From a virus, in IMG/VR virus record IMGVR_UViG_3300037852_000186, positions 35,975 to 99,974 of that record: a DNA stretch of 64,000 bases; one strand, written 5' to 3'. The translations under genes and the position numbers were made by a program. Of the stretch, positions 9,383 to 18,652 are shown piece after piece. The notes below the pieces were generated by a model. That model saw nothing but the letters and a program-made list of their open reading frames with translations, did no database searches and had not been told where the DNA came from. How positions within the stretch are numbered: position 1 is the first letter of the stretch; each line of letters starts with the position of its first letter.

Positions 9383-10151
9383 TGGCTTCGCTCGCGATCA
9401 CTGTCGGTTGAAAAAGAATCGTTGCGCCGGTTGTGTCGGTTATTTGGATGTCGAAGGCGCGCACTGAGTCGTTGTCAGTCTCGATGCCCCAAGCTGGATT
9501 GTTGGAGTAGATGCTGATGCCCGAATGTTCGACGCCGACCGCGCGAGTAACGAAAAGCCGAAGCCCTCGGGCACTACATTGGCGCGAGAAGTTCCAGTCT
9601 TCGGATTGATGATAGGCGGTAAATGTGCCCGCCACGTACTCAATTCGGTCATTGACCATAAAGTACGGAAGGTGTGTTGCACGATTGGAGATCGCAGCTA
9701 GATCAATTAATAGCAGCCCGGTATTTAATAATAGATTGTTGGCAGTCCACGTAACTGGCAAAGCCTTGGCTTCTCGGAGAGTTAACCGCTGCGGCAACCA
9801 CTCATCTGTATCGATTGCTGTTGAGGTTAGACCGAGCGGATTCTTAATAGGAATAAAGCAACCGAGCGCGTCCGCCCTTGCGTTCTGCATCTCAGTGATG
9901 AGCACTTCGATCCAATGTGGATGCTGAGGTTTGATGTCGGAGTGCAGAAGCAGGAGATGAGAGAGCCGACCAGCACGATATTCATTGAGTCCCCAACACA
10001 AACACTTATTGTGACTAAGCGTAAGCATGGAGCTGGTATACTCGAAGAAAGCGAAGTTGCCTTCGACCAGCGGACACGTATTGATATGTAGCAACGCGGA
10101 GGTTGCTATGTTGCCACGTGCATGGCTGGGTATAGCTACTCCGAGACGCAT
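9372..10151 (-). CDS. GT-A fold glycosyltransferase-like protein
   Basis: LLLLHSDI (DxD-like), NTGLLLID, SEDWNFSRQC, VEH motifs of GT2-like phage enzymes. Confidence 0.7.
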   Translation of the reverse strand: MRLGVAIPSHARGNIATSALLHINTCPLVEGNFAFFEYTSSMLTLSHNKCLCWGLNEYRAGRLSHLLLLHSDIKPQHPHWIEVLITEMQNARADALGCFIPIKNPLGLTSTAIDTDEWLPQRLTLREAKALPVTWTANNLLLNTGLLLIDLAAISNRATHLPYFMVNDRIEYVAGTFTAYHQSEDWNFSRQCSARGLRLFVTRAVGVEHSGISIYSNNPAWGIETDNDSVRAFDIQITDTTGATILFQPTVIASEASAS

Positions 10152-10157
10152 CGTGCT

Positions 10158-10922
10158 TTAGAGCACCACGGCCTTATCTGCGAAGTTCACATAAGCAAGC
10201 CCGTTCTCGATGGAGACAATGCGGCCCGCTATCGGAAATGTGCTGTGGTAGTAAGAGACGAAGAACGCGGCATTTGCATTGGCCAGTGCGCCGCCTGCAA
10301 CTGCTTCGACTAAGCCCGTGTTGTAATCAACTGTGAAATCAACGCCTTCGGCGTAGTGCGTGCCAGTTCCGCCTGTATTCTGATAAGCGTTGAACGAGCC
10401 TGGCGTAATATTCGGTAACAGTTGTACTTCAAACGGCGCGGCAGCGGACATTGCTGCTGCTGTGGAGTTAGGAACAAGAGTTCCGAGACTTACAGTATGA
10501 TCGTCTGCGGCAAAGCACAGAGATCCGATCTGTGTCGTTATCGTACTGTCGATATCCATGCCGAATGTGCCGACTGCTACGATAATAGAGATAGCGCCCG
10601 CCGTGCCGAGCGTTGCGGTCGCTCCAGGGAAGAACCCGCCATTACCGGTTTGATTGAGCGCATTGATACCAGGAGGAACGGCGCCGCCTGCGTAAACGGA
10701 TTCGCAGATACCGACGCACATGAGCTTATCGAGCGGCGCCGTGCCTATGGCTTGGGCTTTGACGGCGCGATAGTTGCCGTTCAGGCAAACCATACCGCCG
10801 ATGAAGATTGAGGATGCTGCTTCAACTGGAACACCAGCGCCAGCAACACCAGCGCCGCCGTAATGAAATCGGTTAGAGCTGTTCCATTCTGGGGTGTTGC
10901 GTGATGTGGTGAGTGCCGCCAT
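10158..10922 (-). CDS. head decoration/cement protein with inserted domain
   Basis: MAALTTSRNTPE...IFIGGMVCLN...IGSLCFAADDHTVS...AGRIVSIE...VNF; lies between the protease and capsid genes. Confidence 0.7.
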   Translation of the reverse strand: MAALTTSRNTPEWNSSNRFHYGGAGVAGAGVPVEAASSIFIGGMVCLNGNYRAVKAQAIGTAPLDKLMCVGICESVYAGGAVPPGINALNQTGNGGFFPGATATLGTAGAISIIVAVGTFGMDIDSTITTQIGSLCFAADDHTVSLGTLVPNSTAAAMSAAAPFEVQLLPNITPGSFNAYQNTGGTGTHYAEGVDFTVDYNTGLVEAVAGGALANANAAFFVSYYHSTFPIAGRIVSIENGLAYVNFADKAVVL

Positions 10923-12740
10923 TTACTGATCCTCCCCGGCGAGATAGGTTTCGACCGAGCGCGCCTTTTTGGCCGCGGCGAATTGCTCTACGGTAACTCC
11001 CAGCTTTCGAGTGACCATCAACTCCTGATGAGTTACGGCATTTTCGGGGGCTTCGCCGATTTGCCCCGTGAATTTGCCGTCAGCGCCGGCCGTGATAATT
11101 CTGGGTGCTTTATCAATGAAGGTTTTGAAGGCATCGGGATTTGTGGTGCAAAGAGTGATGCCCCAATCGCGCAACGAAGGTATCAATCGACCTTCGCGAA
11201 TGCCTGCATCCACTTTTTGGATGGCCGCATCCTTTGCCCTTTCTGCCCGCAGATTATTTATTTCGGCCATCGCCTCGATCATTTGTGGGTCTTGCGCGAC
11301 CAGTGCTGAAATTTCTGCCTTCGTCATTTCCTTTTCTCGTTTGGGCACTCGGAGAAACTCACGCTTCATGGATTCTGGAAGCACAGCCACTGGTTTCTTC
11401 TCGGGCTCTTTGGTCATTTGCTGCGGTGGAGGCTTGCTAGCCATTTCTGCTCGTTTAGCGAATCGTTCTTTCTCGGCTGCGTGGCGAGATGTACAGGCGG
11501 CTTTTTCGTCGTCTGATGCGCACCGGGCCATTTCATCAGCCTGTCTCGCAGCCATCGCGTCTGCGCTTTCGTTGGCATAGGGATCTGCCCCTGGATTGGG
11601 TGCGGGCGCGGCGTACTGCGCCGCGTGCTCATCACCGTCTGGCTCCGCGTGTCCGTCGCCTTCGTCGCCGTCGGGCTCGCCATCAGGGTCAGGCTCCATC
11701 TCCATGAGGACGTGCTTCATGATTTGATGATGCTCGGCGCCAGGCATAGCAGCCTCGAATCGTTTGACGATGTCGGATAGCTCTTCTTTCTTGCCACCTT
11801 CGGCCATTGTTGAATAAACCTCCGCAGCGGCTATCGCCGGCAGGCTCACGAGAGCGGGATTATTGGTGAGGGCCGCGCGCAAGATGCGCTCGACCTTGCC
11901 GTCTTTGTCGTGCTCGAAAACCGGCGAGATGTACCGGTAAAGCTTTTCTTTCAGCCCCTCGGCGGCCGCTTTGGTCCACTCGATGCGCGCAAAAATAGCC
12001 CCCGCCTCGACCTTGAAACCTTTTATCCAACCAGCCGCAGGCGCAGGCCGGCCCTCGGGGGCAGCTAGATCGGTGGAGTGATCATAGTCAAGGACCAGCC
12101 CGACCTGTGGCATTTTCGCGATTGAGGCGGCGACGGTGCGAAAGGGATTGTCATTCTCGAAGGGGCCACGACCATCAACGGCGGAGAACTTGCCAGCGGG
12201 GATTATCTCTATCCACTCGGGCGCGTCGTCGCCGGGAATGGCGATGGTACACATCGCGATGCCAGCGCCGTTCTGAGTGAACCTTGGGGAGTGGATATAA
12301 CAATTTTCAATAGGACAGGTAGTCAATAAGGCGCTCGCTGGTTCCGCCGTCACCTTCGGAGTAGGCATCGGTCCTTCGTGCTTGATACCGAAGCGCTTTG
12401 CAGCGCTAATAATTTTGCTCCACGCGGACTTGGCCGCGCCTTCAGACGTGAAGTGAGTCTGCCCGAATCGAGCAAGCGCGTTGCGGACGTGCGCTGCGTC
12501 GCCTATCGGCAAGTGTTTTCCACCCTTTGGATCGGTCCAAGCATAGCTGCTTGTGCCGCTGCCTTCGGCGAAACGTGAGATGAGCCGTCTGACTGCTGCC
12601 GCCTCGCGCATGCGGCCAAAAATGTGCATGACCAGGGCGTAGAAGGAATCCCCTTTGAGATGAGGCGATGATTTGCGAGCGAGCTTCTTAGCACGTTGCC
12701 ATTTACGCTCATCAGATGGAGTTTTGACGACACCCGGCAC
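10923..12740 (-). CDS. Mu gpI-like prohead protease/scaffold with extra N-terminal domains
   Basis: PEWIEIIPAG...DGRGP...DYDHSTD...APAAGWI...EWT...YRYISPVF...AALTNNPAL; C-terminal scaffold; N-terminal HLPIGDAAHVRNALARFGQ (DUF6582-like). Confidence 0.92.
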   Translation of the reverse strand: MPGVVKTPSDERKWQRAKKLARKSSPHLKGDSFYALVMHIFGRMREAAAVRRLISRFAEGSGTSSYAWTDPKGGKHLPIGDAAHVRNALARFGQTHFTSEGAAKSAWSKIISAAKRFGIKHEGPMPTPKVTAEPASALLTTCPIENCYIHSPRFTQNGAGIAMCTIAIPGDDAPEWIEIIPAGKFSAVDGRGPFENDNPFRTVAASIAKMPQVGLVLDYDHSTDLAAPEGRPAPAAGWIKGFKVEAGAIFARIEWTKAAAEGLKEKLYRYISPVFEHDKDGKVERILRAALTNNPALVSLPAIAAAEVYSTMAEGGKKEELSDIVKRFEAAMPGAEHHQIMKHVLMEMEPDPDGEPDGDEGDGHAEPDGDEHAAQYAAPAPNPGADPYANESADAMAARQADEMARCASDDEKAACTSRHAAEKERFAKRAEMASKPPPQQMTKEPEKKPVAVLPESMKREFLRVPKREKEMTKAEISALVAQDPQMIEAMAEINNLRAERAKDAAIQKVDAGIREGRLIPSLRDWGITLCTTNPDAFKTFIDKAPRIITAGADGKFTGQIGEAPENAVTHQELMVTRKLGVTVEQFAAAKKARSVETYLAGEDQ

Positions 12741-12996
12741 ACTAGCTACTCACCTTTAAATTCTGGTAGAATAGAGAGCGATGGCTATCAGAAAGAACAA
12801 TGTCCGCGTTAGCTCTCGCCCATTTTTTTTCGTCGGCTGGCGACTTGACGTTTCCAGGCAATTCACTTACTCGCCTTCATGCTCAGAGGCCGCGTTCATC
12901 TTTTTATAGATCAGGTATCCAATTCCGCAGGACCATCCGCCAATAAAACCGACTGCAAGTCCAAGAATGAATGCGGCGTATACCCAAGAGTCCACG

Positions 12997-13227
12997 CTAG
13001 TCGCTCACTCTTTTGACGCTGCCTGGCTCGCTGTAGCACTTTTCGGTAGCGTGGATCGCTTTCAGCATTTCTAGAAACTCGGGACGAAGTCGCCGTAGAA
13101 GTTGTCGCGCGTCGAGTAATTCAGCGGCTATCGAGTTGACTTGATCGTCATCGGGTCCAGATATGAACGCGGCCGAATTTGGATCGCGCCATACTCGTAA
13201 CTGGTCATCTGTGGGCCTGTCGATCAC
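12997..13227 (-). CDS. hypothetical protein
   Basis: ATGA overlap with the upstream gene. Confidence 0.5.
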   Translation of the reverse strand: MIDRPTDDQLRVWRDPNSAAFISGPDDDQVNSIAAELLDARQLLRRLRPEFLEMLKAIHATEKCYSEPGSVKRVSD

Positions 13228-13817
13228 GCCGCCGCCTTCCCCTGAAACAGCGTCACCATCGCGTTATACATCCGGTCTTGAAAAATCGGCCCAACTTCTT
13301 CCATCGCGGGCCGCGCATAGGGGCGTTCGGGGATGCGAACGGATTTCTTCAGCGCGAACAGCGGCTGGTAACTGCCATCATCGTGTTTACCGAAGATGAC
13401 GTTTTGTGCGGAGAACGTTCCACTAAACCCGTAGCTTTCGGGAGACGAGATGACATCGCGCGCTGTTCCACGTGAAACACCGCGTCCAGTCAGCATCGCG
13501 GGCAGCGGAATCGTCAGGTTCGCAACGTTCTTCGCGTTGACGGTGCCGCCGAATTCGTGAATCTGGGCGTAGGGTGCCGGCGAGCCGACCTTGCCCTCCA
13601 TCGCGCCACCAGTCTCAACGACTGGCTCCATGACGATGTTTTCCAGGAGGCCCGTGCGGCGGGTAAACTGGCGGCTGATGTTCTCCTTCATGGCGCTGCG
13701 CAACAGCAACATCGCCGAGTTCAGCTCGCGACGCATGACGCGGCGCACTTCGGGGCTCGTCACAAAGTGGCCCTTGAGACGACTGCTGGCGACTATGGTG
13801 AGTGTCAGGTCTGCCAT
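13224..13817 (-). CDS. virion morphogenesis protein (Mu gpG / HK97 gp10-like)
   Basis: RRTGLL...VGSPAPYAQIHEFGGTV...SVRIPERPYARPAME. Confidence 0.85.
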   Translation of the reverse strand: MADLTLTIVASSRLKGHFVTSPEVRRVMRRELNSAMLLLRSAMKENISRQFTRRTGLLENIVMEPVVETGGAMEGKVGSPAPYAQIHEFGGTVNAKNVANLTIPLPAMLTGRGVSRGTARDVISSPESYGFSGTFSAQNVIFGKHDDGSYQPLFALKKSVRIPERPYARPAMEEVGPIFQDRMYNAMVTLFQGKAAA

Positions 13818-13971
13818 TAAGTAAGATTCATCTGGTTCATTCTTCGGGCGTCCGCACGTCCCTTGAGTCCAGATTCATGTTGAACAGCGAAAACAACACG
13901 TGTAAACTGAGCGAACGAAGATTGCACATTGTTGATATGTATTGACGAATCGTTATAGCGGGGAGCGAGCT

Positions 13972-14145
13972 ATGCCGAGAGGAGAGGAAGGGCGGTGGCT
14001 ATCGTTGAAAGAGGCCGCCGTGAAATCGGACGTGTCGGTGGGTACGATGCGACGATGGATTAAACGTCAGGAGATTAAGGCGCGGAAGGTGGGCGGACTG
14101 TGGCGGATTCGGCCCGAGGATTTGGAGGCGAAGTGGAGGGAGTGA
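13972..14145 (+). CDS. excisionase-like HTH (HTH_17) protein
   Basis: LSLKEAA...VSVGTMRRWIKRQEIKARKVGGLWRI. Confidence 0.8.
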   Translation: MPRGEEGRWLSLKEAAVKSDVSVGTMRRWIKRQEIKARKVGGLWRIRPEDLEAKWRE

Positions 14146-14459
14146 TGAATCCGATGCGAGCAACCGAAGCTGGTAGGGCATCAGACAGACGAGATAACGC
14201 ACGCCGAAGGGCTGCGTTAAGTTCCGAACAGGCAACGCTGACAGCCGCCGAATGGACAGACATCCGCGAACGCCACAAATATCGCTGCCATTGGTGTAAG
14301 AAAAAGTTCAAACGCCTGACTCAAGACCACGTTATCCCTTTGAGTAAAGGAGGGTTGCACGTTAAGGAAAACGTGGTTCCGTCGTGTCTTTCTTGTAATT
14401 CTGCGCGAGGTAATCGGCTACTACACATCAAGACTGGTCAATACTTACTCGCAGTCTAG
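14145..14459 (+). CDS. HNH endonuclease
   Basis: CHWC...LTQDHVIPLSKGGLHVKENVVPSCLSCNSARG. Confidence 0.9.
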   Translation: MNPMRATEAGRASDRRDNARRRAALSSEQATLTAAEWTDIRERHKYRCHWCKKKFKRLTQDHVIPLSKGGLHVKENVVPSCLSCNSARGNRLLHIKTGQYLLAV

Positions 14460-16084
14460 AACGTGCCGTGCTTTGGTAGCCCGTGTCCCCTCCGCCCGCT
14501 ACTTCCCCACGCCCGTTCGCTGCCACGATAGTCTTCCTCTAAGTCGCGCTGGCGCTGGGGATCATAAGCAACGGGGATTTGACTACCGGGGGTGATGTAG
14601 GCGTATTCCTGGCGCTGCCCTTGGTAGCTGGCATAAAGCGCGAGCGCGCCAGCAATCGCTGAGTCACCGTGGCGCATTCCGGCGCCGCTAGTTTCCTTCG
14701 ACCTTGATTCTGGCACGCGAGCAACGCCCTTCTCCATGCGCAGCATCCGATGGTCTGCCAGTATATCGGCGTCCTTTGGCAGCGTTATCATGTCGTCCTC
14801 GAAGGCCGCCTTGTACTTCGGCATTTGTTCGCGATACCACTCGATGTTCATAACGACCGGCGTAATCAGCCCTGGCCGCTCCTTCGTACCGCCGTAGCGC
14901 AACCCCGCAACCTCTGCGAGAAACGCGCCGTTGCCCGAGGCGTCCATCGCGCCGCCAATGAAGCGCGTGCCGGCGCGCAGACGGTCTACTATCGTGAACA
15001 GAATCTCTTTCTGCTTCTCGTACTCCACGTCGCGAAGCTCCACAACGAACGCCGTGCGCCGCTTCGTGTTCTGCTCAATCTGCAATACCCAAATAACCGT
15101 TAGGTCTCCGCTGCGACCGAAGTCAACACCAAAAATCGACATTTGGTGAGGATGCAAAGTGCGCAGCGCCATATCCAGCCCCGGCCAGATTTGGTCTAAC
15201 GCTGTGGGGCCTTTGCCGCGAAGTACCGGGATGCCCTCGCGCATCTGGCGCTCGATTAGCGCGGCAGAGAGGAAGACACCGCCTGATTCGGATGGGATAA
15301 CGAGAAGTTCTTCGTCCGCATTCTCTCGAAAGGTAGCGAACAGCTCCGCACGATACTGTGCTTCATTCTGAGAAGTCGGTTCTTCGTGACGAAGCGGCGC
15401 GGCCACACGCTGGTAGTATCCATCGGCTAAGGCATCGTCAATTGTGACCCTATGCAGCGAGTAGCTGTGCGACATTCGGCCAGCTCGGATATCTGTAACC
15501 AAAGTATTAAAAGGCGAGGTCGCGCCGTTGTGCGTAGAGATGATATGCACATGCCCACCAAGCTGAGTGAAAGCGAGAGCAGCTTTTAGTACGTCAGCTA
15601 AGCGGTCGTGAAATGCGGCCTCGTCGATAATGACCAGCTCCCCAGGACGGCCCCGCGAACGGATAGAACGTGCGCGAGAAGTTAGACCATAGATTTTGTG
15701 CCCCGAAGCAAATTCAACATGGTATGCGTAGACCGACTCATGCGCCTCGTCGTCCTGCTCCCAAAGTGTCTGCCCAGCTTGGCGTGCCTGCGCGTTTAGA
15801 GTAATCGCCCATTCTTTAACGTCGTGGTCAATCCACGCACGGGCCGCCTCGAAGTTATAAACCATATAGAAAACATCAGCCCCATCTTGACCCGCAGCAT
15901 TAAGGACTGCCCGCGCCGCTTCTGCCCAGCTTATTCCCACTCGGCGACTTTTTTCGCAGACAACGATAGGGTGATCGTCAGCAAGGAAGCGCTTCTGATA
16001 GTCAAGCAGGATGTTGCCCAAGGATGGGCTCGGTTGAGGAATAGGCGGTAACTGGACGAGCTTAGGGCTTGGCTTTGGCGGCAT
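14456..16084 (-). CDS. terL: terminase large subunit (Mu gp28-like)
   Basis: LLDYQKRF, EKSRRVGISW (Walker A-like), VIIDEAAFH (Walker B), IISTHNG, GVDFGRSGDLT, HGDSAIA nuclease motifs. Confidence 0.95.
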   Translation of the reverse strand: MPPKPSPKLVQLPPIPQPSPSLGNILLDYQKRFLADDHPIVVCEKSRRVGISWAEAARAVLNAAGQDGADVFYMVYNFEAARAWIDHDVKEWAITLNAQARQAGQTLWEQDDEAHESVYAYHVEFASGHKIYGLTSRARSIRSRGRPGELVIIDEAAFHDRLADVLKAALAFTQLGGHVHIISTHNGATSPFNTLVTDIRAGRMSHSYSLHRVTIDDALADGYYQRVAAPLRHEEPTSQNEAQYRAELFATFRENADEELLVIPSESGGVFLSAALIERQMREGIPVLRGKGPTALDQIWPGLDMALRTLHPHQMSIFGVDFGRSGDLTVIWVLQIEQNTKRRTAFVVELRDVEYEKQKEILFTIVDRLRAGTRFIGGAMDASGNGAFLAEVAGLRYGGTKERPGLITPVVMNIEWYREQMPKYKAAFEDDMITLPKDADILADHRMLRMEKGVARVPESRSKETSGAGMRHGDSAIAGALALYASYQGQRQEYAYITPGSQIPVAYDPQRQRDLEEDYRGSERAWGSSGRRGHGLPKHGTF

Positions 16085-16196
16085 TCTTACGTCCGTTGGC
16101 CCGCGCCGTTTCGGCCTTACGCGGCGACTTAACCTTCCCGCCGAGCCGCCCGAGGGCGATGGCGGCGGGGTTTTTTAGTTTAGTCGGAGTGGCCAA
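16062..16196 (-). CDS. 44-aa basic KNPAAxALGxxGG-type protein (putative DNA-binding)
   Basis: translated by hand: MATPTKLKNPAAIALGRLGGKVKSPRKAETARANGRKNAAKAKP (TTG start). Confidence 0.6.
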   Translation of the reverse strand: MATPTKLKNPAAIALGRLGGKVKSPRKAETARANGRKNAAKAKP

Positions 16197-16601
16197 TCAA
16201 TTCACCATCTTCGTCGTATTGATGGATATCGCAGCCCGTCCATCCGAGGACTTCTACAATCTCGGGCGTCTCACCTATCGGCGAATTGTTGCACCTCATA
16301 ACGACAGCCTCGCAACCGCATTTCATCGTCGCGTATTGCTCGCCGTCGATGACATCGCGGGAATCGGGAATGCGCCCCGGCGCACTTTCAAAGCACTCTT
16401 TGGCTAGTCGATCTTGATCCATGAGCGCATCGTACACTCAAGCGCTTGGCATGTCCAGTGGAAGATGGCGTGTTCGATTTACGATCAGAATTGAGCTTGT
16501 TCGCGGGCGGGGTCGCGGATGTTAGGAGTCCGAGTCGTTGCTAGTGCCATCAGCTCGCCTATCGATACCCTTATGTGGATATCGGCATGGCCCCCGCAAC
16601 G

Positions 16602-16793
16602 CTAAAGATATTCTGCCGCATATCGGACCTTCGTAAGTAGTACCTGGCGGATCACGTCTTCAATCTGAAGCTTCGACATTCCATAGTCAGACGCCATTTG
16701 TTCCAAGGAATCTCTGCGCATGAATCGCGCAACGATGCGCGCATTGCGGTCCCGCAGGCGTTGGACCGTATCATCAGTCGTTGTGTTTACCAT
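16602..16793 (-). CDS. Mor-like small HTH regulator
   Basis: RDRNARIVARF...SLEQMASDYGMSKLQIEDVIR. Confidence 0.55.
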   Translation of the reverse strand: MVNTTTDDTVQRLRDRNARIVARFMRRDSLEQMASDYGMSKLQIEDVIRQVLLTKVRYAAEYL

Positions 16794-17289
16794 TGCGTCC
16801 TCCCAGCAGCTCCGCGCGCTTATCATTAATGGTCAGCGGCTCGCGGCGCACTGGCTGAACCTCGATAGAGCGCTCGTCGGTCGGTTGCGCCGCTTGCAAT
16901 TGATTGAGCAGGGTCTGGCGGAGCAACGAGACGAGGTCGGAGGATAGACCAGCTTGGCGTATCGTTTGGCTCGGGGTTTCGGACTCGGAGGGCTTCGTCC
17001 AGCCGCACCGCCGTTCGAGAAAGAAAGCTTTGTCAGGGAATGAACCGGCCAAGGCGTCTTGAACTAAACGGTCTGATACTAGAGATTCAATCTCGGCTTT
17101 TCCTTTTTGTAAGGCTTCCGCAAAATGCGCATAATCACGTTTCCGTTGATAGAGAGTCGTAAGAGAAATATCAAGCACACTAGCGATTTTCTCTTGGGTC
17201 AGCCCCCGCCCAGCAAGCGTCCTTACTTGCGCTAGATCGGGGGGTTCCCATCGCGGTCTGCCTCTTGGGCGTTTAACTTCAGTATCCAT
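16774..17289 (-). CDS. terS: terminase small subunit
   Basis: GRP...N-terminal HTH...FAEALQKGKA...FFLERRCGW; upstream of TerL. Confidence 0.75.
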   Translation of the reverse strand: MDTEVKRPRGRPRWEPPDLAQVRTLAGRGLTQEKIASVLDISLTTLYQRKRDYAHFAEALQKGKAEIESLVSDRLVQDALAGSFPDKAFFLERRCGWTKPSESETPSQTIRQAGLSSDLVSLLRQTLLNQLQAAQPTDERSIEVQPVRREPLTINDKRAELLGGRNGKHND

Positions 17290-17389
17290 AATAAAAGCCG
17301 CCGCCCCTTACCGTAGCACGGGCGCGGTGTCGGCCCAATAGACAGGTGGGTGGTTGACAAACGTCGTCAGTGTGTGCAAGTATGCAGTT

Positions 17390-17563
17390 ATGCAAGCACA
17401 AAGCATTATGAACGTTCAGATAAGAATGTCGCCAGAGCTGCGAGTAGAGCTGGGACAACTTGCACTTTCACGTAACGCCAGCCTAAACGCCACGATTTGT
17501 GAACTACTCGAACGGGCCGTTAAGGTCCTCAACGCTACTAGCCCTCGAAAGGGAACAGAATAA
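17390..17563 (+). CDS. Arc/ribbon-helix-helix protein
   Basis: VQIRMSPELRVEL...A...NASLNATICELLE; TTGACA promoter upstream at 17354. Confidence 0.75.
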   Translation: MQAQSIMNVQIRMSPELRVELGQLALSRNASLNATICELLERAVKVLNATSPRKGTE

Positions 17564-17853
17564 ATGGCAATACCTTTAGTGCGAGAACAAGCGGGCTCCC
17601 TCTACGCCCGATTTCAAAGCAGCATGAATAATCCAACCCAAGCCTGCCAGCCAGCGAAAGGGAACAGAATGAGAACGACAAAGCCCAAGTTTGAAGTCTA
17701 TCTCGGCGGCGAATGGTGCCGCACCACGCAAGCCACCATTCAGTCTAGCGGCTGGCTCCATTACGAGTTGAGAGATCGAACCATCGGCCTCATGCCGCCT
17801 AAGAAGTGGCGCCTTGTCGAAGCCAACGCTACTAACCGAACCAAGGAAACCAC

Positions 17854-18138
17854 GTGAAAACGAATCTGAAACCATGTAGAAAATGCGGCAGAGAAGTCGC
17901 GATAGGCGCAACTATTTGCCCCGGTTGCGGAGTGCTGGGTCCCGCGCCCTGGATGCCCTTCTCACCGTGGTATGCAGTCGGCGGCTTTGTTGTTTTAGTT
18001 GTGTCGTTGGCGTCTGTTGGTCGGATAAAAACACATTGCGAACTAACCGAAGGCTCAGCAATCACGCTGGGCCTTTTCATTTCCCTTCTGGCACCAGCTT
18101 CGCCAGCATCTCACGAATGTGCGCGTCAATCATCGTAA
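17854..18138 (+). CDS. zinc-ribbon membrane protein
   Basis: CRKCG...CPGCG followed by a hydrophobic segment. Confidence 0.5.
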   Translation: MKTNLKPCRKCGREVAIGATICPGCGVLGPAPWMPFSPWYAVGGFVVLVVSLASVGRIKTHCELTEGSAITLGLFISLLAPASPASHECARQSS

Positions 18139-18652
18139 TCCGAATCCCCGAAGCGTGCAGATACTCGTAGAGGATTAGATGGTGGCAGCGCTCTTCCGGC
18201 GTTGAGTCCTCTACGAGCTTACGAACGGCATCTTCTATCTTTTTCCGCTTCGCTAGGCGCTTCGCGACAGTGTCTGGCGATACCATCAGTTCGGCAATTC
18301 CTTCTCTGCGTGCGCCGCCATCTCGTCGCCTGCCCGCAACTCCGCAATCAACTCGTCTTCGCTGGCGTAGGCATGCAAAGCGTGCGAGAAAATGCGGCCC
18401 GAGGGATCACGAAAGGCTACCCAAAGATCGGCCATCGAAGAGAAGCCGTCGGGCGAAATGCCGATAACGTCGTCGCAGCCGACTGTCCCGTCGTCGTGCT
18501 CGGGACAGGGTTCGGTGGTGTGTTCAACGCGCCATGCAATGATGCGAACGGAGAAGAGTTGACCGTCGAGCCAGCCGAGATTCCACCAGCCGTGTTCGCG
18601 GGGTAGGACGGTTGCGGGTTCTTTCTTTTTCAAAGCAGTTCTCCTTGTTGCG

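Noticed and set aside
17325-17350. oriT/nic candidate (TGTCTAT on the minus strand); also a GTGGGGT at about 31340
   Set aside because: Matches to known MobF nic sites are too short and lack a convincing adjacent inverted repeat; oriT remains unlocated.
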